Assembly: GCF_006345805.1 (NCBI RefSeq)
Contig: NC_043002.1
Coordinates: 13,764,001 to 13,828,000 of the forward strand
Source: Octopus sinensis
Taxonomy: Eukaryota
Length of the DNA: 64,000 nt
Reading direction: 5' to 3'
Below the pieces are notes generated by a model that did not search any database, was not told where the DNA came from, and saw only the letters and a list, made by a program, of their open reading frames with translations. The position numbers and the translations under genes are program-made. Below, piece after piece: positions 55,396 to 64,000 of this stretch; position 1 is the stretch's first letter, and every line of letters begins with the position of its first letter.

Positions 55396-56069
55396 TGGCA
55401 GGGCTGGACTGCTAGGTAGTCGGCCGTATGCTAGAAACATATCATCAACGATCAACTACAAATTTTAAATTGGAATTAAAATTAATATGTAATTTATCTC
55501 CCTCTTATTTTAAACTATTTGAAATAAATACGTTTTTTCTCTATTAGTAACACCTACAGCAGTGAATTATTTACTGCAGCCCGTCGCTTCAGGAATTTCT
55601 GAGCGCGCCAGAACCAGACATTGGAAATTTTATCCCTAATGTAATCGGTAAAACTAAGCACGTGTCTGTCTTGGCACAGAAAGCTGGGGTTAGTTTTTCA
55701 GTTTGCATTCACACGGAACAATGCACTGATGAAGCCACGGACATTTGAATTATGTAAAGTAATTCTTTGTTTAAAGGCCGAAACCGAGGTATGCATTTAA
55801 TTCTGTTTTTTTTTATATAAATTTTCATCTGTCCTGCCGCCTAAATTTTGGTTCTGGTGTCGCGTGAATTTTTTCCTCTAGAGAATTTCCTTTGTAGTTT
55901 GATCGTTGATGATCGTTTCTAGCATACGGCCGACTACCTAGCAGTCCAGCCCTGCCAATATACACATATTTAGAATTTTCTCTGACTTCTCGGATTTTTT
56001 GTATGCTAGACTACTGGTTTTAAATTGATATTAAAATTAATATTAATTTATCTCCCTCATTATTTAAAT
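55396..56069 (+). mobile_element. Non-coding hammerhead element with an inverted 5' piece and a terminal direct repeat (PLE pLTR-like)
   Basis: 55396-55462 is inverted at 55891-55957; 55463-55513 is repeated directly at 56018-56069; flanked by (TA)n. Confidence 0.82.
55720..55797 (+). ncRNA. Type I hammerhead ribozyme, intact core
   Basis: AATGCA-CTGATGA-AGCC...GGCC-GAAA-CC-GA-GG-TA-TGCATT. Confidence 0.82.
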
Positions 56070-56337
56070 ATATATATATAACACTGTTATATTTGTGGAA
56101 TGAATCTCTTCCCACTCTTACTTCTGCCTACACCGTCTGTTGCGTGTGCGTGTGTGTGTATGTGTGTATGCATGTATATATATATATGCATGTATGTATG
56201 TATGTATGTAGGTATGTGTGTGTATACATATGCACGAACTCACATGTATATACATATATACATGTATGTTTATGTATACGTGAGTGTCTTGGGAGAGTAA
56301 TTTTCTTTTTGTGCCTTATTATATATATATATATATA

Positions 56338-56373
<36 letters not shown>

Positions 56374-56873
56374 TGTGTGTGTGTGTGTGTGTGTGTGATG
56401 CGTGTGAGTCAGTATACGCCGAAATATATTGTTTCTGAGTGTGAATATCTTATATTCCAACGTGAACATATCTGTTGACTGGAAAAATATGTTCAGTTAA
56501 GCAAGAGGTAAACACATTAATTGGCCGCCAGACTCCCATGCCATTAGATGAAGAGGTCAATGCAGTATTTCATAGTGAGACAAAGAGGCCAGCAGACAGC
56601 CAATCATGTTTATCAATAAAACTGACTTAACATCCACAACTTGACAATTCTCTACGCTTTCTAATGACACGAGTATTAGATATGGTCGTTACGTCTCTGT
56701 GCATAGCTTTTGTACGAAGCTGATTGCAAATGTCTCTCTATGTATATTTGTACGTAATTATGTGTGTATTCAACCTAAGCATTGATGTGTATATGTATAC
56801 GTTTATGTTTATGTGTGAGAGAGCAGCGTATGTGTGTGTGTTTATACAGATATCTGACACACACACACACACA

Positions 56874-56926
<53 letters not shown>

Positions 56927-57075
56927 TTATATCGGGTCTCCAAAGCCGTTGACTGGGCACCAAGACATTAAGCTTTTTCTGAAAAAGAAGACATAAATAT
57001 TCGTCAAATTAATCCGAACATACTCACACTCCCTCCCTCCATCTCTCTCTCTCTCTCTCTCTTTCTGTTTCTGTA

Positions 57076-57106
<31 letters not shown>

Positions 57107-57351
57107 TGTGTGTGTGTGTGTTTGTATGTGTCCAAATAGCACCTATAATTACTAGAAATAAGAGCTCTTATTGTATTCGAGCACTTATTTCAAGCAAGTG
57201 TAGGTGCTGCTTGCACCCTTATTTATGTATTCTACATTTTTGGTTTTTGATTGCTTTAGCTACCTATATTATAACGTGTTTACTATACCACAATATTAAC
57301 TTATCGTTATAATATCATATTGAAGGTGTGTGTATGTGTAGTGTTCATATA

Positions 57352-57870
57352 TAGAGTGTTCAGGCTAAGTTTGACGATTTCTTGTATTTCCTTTTTTCAG
57401 AATCAACTTAACATATTGGTGAATAGTTAACGGCATTGGAGGACATAAAGATTAACGTAGTGCTTGAAGAAGCTGACAAGGATTGGAATACAAGAATTCG
57501 AATACAAGAAAAGAATACAAGAAAAAAGATACTGTATCATGATGAATCTATCAGTACGAACTTTTGTATAAGCTATGTTTGGTGCGCTGTTGAGACACCA
57601 ACCGCTCTGCATGTGACATGAAGGGCGAACTGTTGTCGAGAGCATCAAAGAGGTGTTCGAAGATCTTTCTAGGGATACAGTAGGGAACACATGAGCCAGG
57701 TTCCGGAGTCGTCATGAGGGCAAGGTGAAGACAGAGGGCGGCTACTTATAAACTGTACCTCTTTGCTATAATCTAAATTTTTGATCCTTAAAAAATAATT
57801 AAAATTTTTGATGGGGTTTTGGTTTTATTTCCTTTTATGCAAACTGTCAAACTTAGTCGAACCAACACTT
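57352..57870 (+). mobile_element. Tc1/mariner (maT-like) deletion derivative
   Basis: TIR remnants AGTGTTCAGGCTAAGTTTGAC / GTCAAACTTAGTCGAACCAACACT; YVWCAVE..IKEVFEDL..RFRSRHEGKVKTEGGY. Confidence 0.62.
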
Positions 57871-58176
57871 ACAGAGTCGCTCTCTCATTGTTTCTCACCC
57901 TCTGTGTCTCTGACTCTCTATCATTCCGTCTCTCTCTGTCTCCCTCTTTCTATACACACACACAACACACATATATAAATATGGACCTAATCTCTTCTTA
58001 AGAAAAAATATATATTCAAATAAATTAAACATAATATCATGAACAGCGATAGCGAAACCGGTCGATATATTTAAAATTATATTAAAACCATGTAAGTGTG
58101 CGTATTTTCCTTTTTTAATTTCTTATATACATTACAACCCACTACGTGGGGACAATCGAAATTCCTCTTTTCTGTT

Positions 58177-58231
<55 letters not shown>

Positions 58232-58235
<4 letters not shown>

Positions 58236-58606
58236 TTTTCATTCTTTTATTTCTTTCAGGCATCTGACTGTGGCTATGCTGGAGCACCGCCTTTTAGTCG
58301 AACAAATCGAGCCCAGGACATATTCTTTGTAAGCCTAGTACTTATTCTATCGGTCATATTTGCCGAACCGCTATTTTACGGAGACGTAGACACAGCAACA
58401 TCGACCGCCAAGGGATGCTGAGGGAACAAACACAGACACCCAAACATATATATATATTTATATGTTTGTGTTCCGTTTCCGTCTATCACATCCACACAGA
58501 AGGCTGTGGTCGGCCCGATACTGTATTAGAAGACACTTGCCCAAGGTGTCACGCGGTGGGACCAAACTCGGAACCATTTGGTTGGTAAGCAAGCTACTTT
58601 CCACAG
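58232..58606 (-). mobile_element. SINE family B
   Basis: Reverse complement of the family B consensus. Confidence 0.8.
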
Positions 58607-59165
58607 GTGCATATGGAACAAACAGTGCGACGGCTGGCATACAAAATTCGTAAATGTCACGTGTACGTGTGCAAATTATGAAAATTACACAGGATGAATA
58701 GTAGCTGCTATGACGAAAGGTTTCAGGTAAATAGGTAGATTAATAAAGAGGTGAATAAATCGGGGGATAGACAGAAGAACAGATACCTAAGTAGACAGGA
58801 TGAGAGAGGTGCAAAAGGGGTAGGAAGAGATAGAGTATTAACACAAGAAGAAAGTAGTGAAGATGGAGAAAAAATATGCGAAAAATATTGGAAGAAAAAT
58901 GAGCCAGAAATAATATCGATAGTTCGATTAATGAATTGCATCATAGATCAATATATAAACAGATAATTGCCTGCTATATAGGTCTTCAACACACCTTATG
59001 TGTATATATATATGGTTGTCGAGTTTTACAATTCTGTGAATAATAATAATGGTATTTTTTATAAGCTTAAATCTTATATACATATAAGCTTTAAGTTTAT
59101 AAAAAATGCATGTATATATACATATATATACATGTATGTATATATATGCATATATACATACATAC

Positions 59166-59198
<33 letters not shown>

Positions 59199-59294
59199 TA
59201 TATTTATGTGTGTGTGATTATATACACATGCACACATGCACACACACACACATATATATATTTATACAAATATAGATATATACACGCAAAGACC

Positions 59295-59540
59295 TAAGCC
59301 CAAAGTAACCTGGATGATGACAATCTATATGATGAGTGATGAAACGTTCCTTTAAGGATATGGTGAGATGCCTGGTTGGAGGCCCAACATTCTGAGTTAT
59401 TTTTGCAAGGCTTAGAAAAATGGAAGGCTCGCTGCAATAAACGTGTGACCGTGAGAAGGTAACTTGTTCAATAATATCATATTTAACTGATCCTTCTGAT
59501 CCTTTTCCCCAAAATCGGGAACCTTTTATCATTCCCTCAT
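59295..59540 (+). mobile_element. mariner transposase 3' remnant
   Basis: FLQGLEKWKARCNKRV (cf. F..GI.KL..RW.KCV), then a TIR-like end ..CCCTCA|TA. Confidence 0.5.
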
Positions 59541-59661
59541 AAGATATCTAACTTCAACAGTAGCAGTCGTGCATACATATATGCATACAAGATATACCAT
59601 ATATAATACATATACATACACATATATAAGTGCTTATCTATATATATGCATATATGTATAC

Positions 59662-59692
<31 letters not shown>

Positions 59693-59907
59693 TGTATGTA
59701 GTATGTATGTATGTATGTATGCATGTATGTATGTATGTATGTATGTATGGTTGTATGTATGTATGCATATATGCATTTCTCACTCTATACCTATCTATCT
59801 ATATAAATTAAAATACTGCGGGTAGAAATTAATATCAATCAATTAACATCAATTTAAATCAGTGGTCTAGCATATTAAAAACAAATCCGAAGATTTAAAA
59901 ATTATAT

Positions 59908-60203
59908 TACAATTACTAAGAGGAATGTCACTAAAGTGCAATCCTATACACTAGAAATAGACGTCAAATCGCCCTACCACAAAGAGTGTGTTCTCAAGAA
60001 AAAACCCAGCAAACGCCAAAATTTAAAAGTTTAGCAAGGCAAATGAAAATTTACAAAATAAAACGATTATCTACGTATCATGATTTCATAACTAATGAAA
60101 TCATGTTTTTTTTTCTTGAGAACACCCTCTTTGTTGTAGGGAGATTCGACGTCTATTTCTAGCTTATAGGATTCCACTTTAGTGGTACTCCTCTTATTAA
60201 TTG
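59908..60203. repeat. Fold-back element with ~95-bp inverted arms
   Basis: AAGAGGAATGTCACTAAAGTGCAATCCTATACACTAGAAATAGACGTC..GTTCTCAAGAAAAAA is inverted at ~60107-60203. Confidence 0.8.
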
Positions 60204-60361
60204 AAATATATATATATATATATCCCGTATTAATAGAGAGTGTGAAATATATATGTATTCAGACACATACGTGTACACGTGTACACACAAACACACGTAT
60301 ATATATATGTGTGTGTGTGTATATATATATCAAAATAAGCAACAAGGATACCCAAAGATAG

Positions 60362-60445
60362 TGTAGTACAATCGTTTCATGCTACTTCATTTTATTAAAC
60401 AATATATTACATCAATTTTATAATGTAGAGCACTCTTCAGCCACA
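60362..60445 (-). ncRNA. Type I hammerhead ribozyme, intact core
   Basis: Reverse complement TGTGG-CTGAAGA-GTGCT...AGCAT-GAAA-CGATTG-TA-CTACA. Confidence 0.78.
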
Positions 60446-61245
60446 TATGGAATTTTAAAAAATTAAATTGACAATGTTCATTATTATACTTATTCCATTT
60501 GCCAACACTACAAAGAGGGTAGGTATAAAGACAGAGAGGTGAATTTCATCAAGAAAAACATGGTAGTAGAAGAACTTAGTACATGGGCATATTTTTTATC
60601 ACTGAGTTCACTTGGGGAGGGGATTTTCTATTAAGTTCAGTGGAGACAATCGCTAACTCTTGTTTCCCCTATGTCTTGGAGTGAAGGTGTAAAACAATTC
60701 TGTGGATGGAGTCTACATTTCCTATCATGAAAATGCAGCTGCATTGTATCCCTTCTCACCAGATGAGCAGTAAATGAAGTAAATATATGCTTTCCTTAGT
60801 TTCAACCGTCTCCAGCAGATCAGAGTATATTTTTCCTCTCCTCTCCTTGAAATCGTGCGTTAACTGCTGATGTATCGTCTTGATATACAATTTATGACAC
60901 TTAATACCATGTTATGTAATGTATTCTGATCTCAGTCTCGTTGTGCAGTAAACCTGCAGCTGTGCGTAAGACTGAACTGCGTGTCCGAGGTAAACAGCTC
61001 TTCCAGTCGCTGGCTATTCGCATCAGTGGACGCAGATGATTGCGTAGTCTGTCTTCAATGCTGTTCATTGTGTCATCTCTGCCAACAACCTTCACCGGAC
61101 AGACAGTACTCCCTCTTCATCAAGAATTCAATAAAGGCACGTCGCTTTTCCTTGGATCCCCAGGGTTGCCATGAGGAAAGAACAAAAAGGAAGAATTACA
61201 ATAGAGGAAAACTAATAGACGTAGGTGTGTAATTTGAACGGTTGT

Positions 61246-61278
<33 letters not shown>

Positions 61279-61510
61279 GTTTAACGTCCGTTCTCCATGC
61301 TAGCATGGGTTGGACGGTTCGACCGGGGATCTGGGAAACCAGAAGGCTGCACCAGGCTCCGGTCTTATCTGGCAATGTTTCTACAGCTGGATGCCCTTCC
61401 TAACGCCAACCACTCCTTGTGTGTAGTGGGTGCTTTTTACGTGCCACCTGCACTGGTGCCAGGCGAGGCTGGCATCGGCCACGGTCGGATTGGTGCATTT
61501 TACATGTCAA
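61246..61510 (-). mobile_element. SINE/RTE-related 3' fragment with an (ATG)n tail
   Basis: Reverse complement GGCGTTAGGAAGGGCATCCAGCTGTAG...GCATGGAGAACGGACGTTAAAC(GAT)n. Confidence 0.65.
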
Positions 61511-62000
61511 CTTTAGCATTACTTTCTCAATAATCATCGTGTGCATGGGTATATCTACCACAAGCATTCATGTGTGTATGCTCCAAGCAAGCATTGGAAA
61601 CAAATAATAAAACTTGTGGTAAAGATGACATGAAATTCCGTTCGCAATACTGCGACGGTTGGGAAACTAAGTAGTTCCAACCAATTTATCGAGACGAAAA
61701 TCAATACATAAGTAAACACACACTTACACACGTACACGCACACACACACACACACATACATACAAATGCAGTAAATACACACACATGTAAAAGTTTCCGC
61801 AAGTATAAGTGCATAATTGCTTACACACATGGGTATATGTATCTATACGTATGTATATATACATACATACATACATACATACACACACACACATATATAT
61901 ATATATATGTTCATGAATATATGTACACATGTATATATGCATACATATACATATATATATATAGATAGACTTATATATATATATAGTTAACACATGCATA

Positions 62001-62044
<44 letters not shown>

Positions 62045-62920
62045 AATATATACATACATATACATATATACATAGATATACTTATATATATAGTTAACAC
62101 ATACACACGCATATGTATATATACATACATATATACATGTTTAGTTATTTTTATATATTTATATACATATACATATATATCTATACATGTATATGTACAT
62201 ACATAACCCCCCCCACACACACACACATACAGACATATCCCACGAGAGACAGGGTGAGAGAGACAGGGAGAGGGAAACAAAAAGACAGAAGAATAAGTAA
62301 AGGGAAGATAAATTGCTAAAAAGATAAAGAGATTGAATGCTATTAAGACAGATCTCTTCTTTCATAGTCAGAGTGCAGTATGCATTTCTCATCCACCTAT
62401 ACTTTAATTTGTTCTTGTTAATAATATCAATTTCTATTCCAACCACTCACGTTCTTATCATTCACATTGCAGCAATTTCTGTCAGTTCTTTGCTCAATGA
62501 AATTCCTCCGAGACTGATTGGTTTCGTCGATTCTTCCAATTATTCATTAATATATTAGAATTTCAAATACCTGAGCAGAACGTGTTTCAATCCGACTTCT
62601 CTGATTAGTGTGTTTTGTAACACACTTCTAATTGAACTATACTGAACAATTATTATTGAGATAGGTCGTTACAGAAGACGCCGATAACAATAGTAAGGGC
62701 TTAGTTTGGCAGAAACGTGTCTCTATCTTTCAAATCACACTTATGCTATTGCCTTCTATCTATCCTGCCGTTGTTAATTTGTTTATCGTCAATGTAAACT
62801 TCCTTAAGAGAAGATACACGTTATCAGCAAATCCATTCCAGCCATGACCTCTCCATCCAGAATAATTCTGTTTTCAGTGATATCTATGACGTGTGTTTGC
62901 TCCATCAACCAATGTGCCAA

Positions 62921-63094
62921 TGTGGGTATGTGTTCATTTAAGAGAGATTTGGTCGTTATTTCTAGCAGGTAGACAGGTTTTATATTGACTCTTACTTCTG
63001 ATATGTATGTACCAGTGTGGGCATGGGTTCATTTAAGAGAGATTTGGTTGTTATTTCAAGCAGGTAGACAGGTTTTATGTTGACTCTTACTTCT
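62921..63094. repeat. Tandem duplication, ~96-bp period
   Basis: GTGGG..TTCATTTAAGAGAGATTTGG..CAGGTAGACAGGTTTTAT.TTGACTCTTACTTCT occurs twice. Confidence 0.85.
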
Positions 63095-63670
63095 ATAGAG
63101 AATCTATATATACATACAAAAGAGAGAAAAATATCAAATTAATGACTCGAACACACACACACACACACACACACAAATGATAATCAATAACATTTCAAAT
63201 GAAACAACTACAGAAGCCAAGTCTCAAAATAAATCTCTGTTCAAAAACTATGATCAGATAAATTAGAGAATTAACGGTTATTATGAACCATTTGTTCAGA
63301 TGTGCTGGAGGCACCTCTTTTGTGTATTTACCATTCACAATACATTTTACTGCTTTCCTTTATATTCATACCAGAAATTACATTACTCGCCCACAGTGTG
63401 ATATAGTTTCAGCCCCCATAACATCATAGAATCCTCAAGCGAATCACCTGCATCATTGTGTAGCATTAATCATCATCGAAAGATTAAATTTCCCAACATA
63501 CTTTCATAGTCTGGTTCTGGCTGCTTAAAGTATAATGTTATCTCGGCTTTATATTCATTTGTTGCGCTCGTTCTAAAATATAAAATTGCGAGAAAACCGT
63601 CTTACCGCTCGTTATACTCGTTAAATAGGTTTCTGAAGAAGTTTAGCATAGGCGCAGACATAGTGGTTTG

Positions 63671-64000
63671 GGCGGTGAGTTGGCAGAAACATTTGAGAAG
63701 CATATAGGGCGGTTTAGTTAGCAGAAACGTTAGCACGCCGGGCGAAATGCTTAGCGGTATTTCGTCTGCCACTACGTTCTGAGTTCAAATTCCGCCGAGG
63801 TCGACTTTGCCTTTCATCCTTTCGGGGTCGATTAAATAAGTACCAGTTTCGTGCTGGGGTCGATATAATCGACTTAATTCGTTTGTCTGTCCTTGTTTGT
63901 CTTCTCTGTGTTTAGCCCCTTGTGGGTAGTAAAGAAATAGGTATTTCCTCTGCCGCTACATTCTGAGTTCAAATTCCGCCGACGTCGACTTTGCTTTTCA
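63671..64000 (+). mobile_element. SINE family C, dimeric, runs off the window end
   Basis: Matches 36992-37408. Confidence 0.85.

Overview
AT-rich eukaryotic DNA made almost entirely of repeats. The SINE families and microsatellite load suggest an octopus-like cephalopod genome (inference). No intact protein-coding gene can be supported; most listed ORFs are microsatellite translations. Identifiable content: decayed LINEs (R4/Dong-type with restriction-like endonuclease, CR1, RTE), two decayed Penelope-like elements (PLE) with GIY-YIG remnants, Tc1/mariner deletion derivatives and MITEs, three copies of a ~440-bp MITE with internal TTAGGG repeats (8-bp TSDs on the two complete copies), two non-autonomous Helitrons, and many tRNA-derived SINEs. 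The most notable signal is about 15 type I hammerhead-ribozyme motifs (CUGANGA...GAAA...UH), several intact. They lie in short non-coding elements of several different sequence families that mostly sit in (TA)n tracts and often show fold-back architecture. One is a ~1-kb near-perfect palindrome (45464-46502) with an intact hammerhead on each strand and hairpin-delimited ~490-bp units, resembling a PLE-dependent retrozyme-like system. Weak splice signals hint at a minus-strand host gene. All calls were made by eye, and boundaries of decayed elements are approximate.
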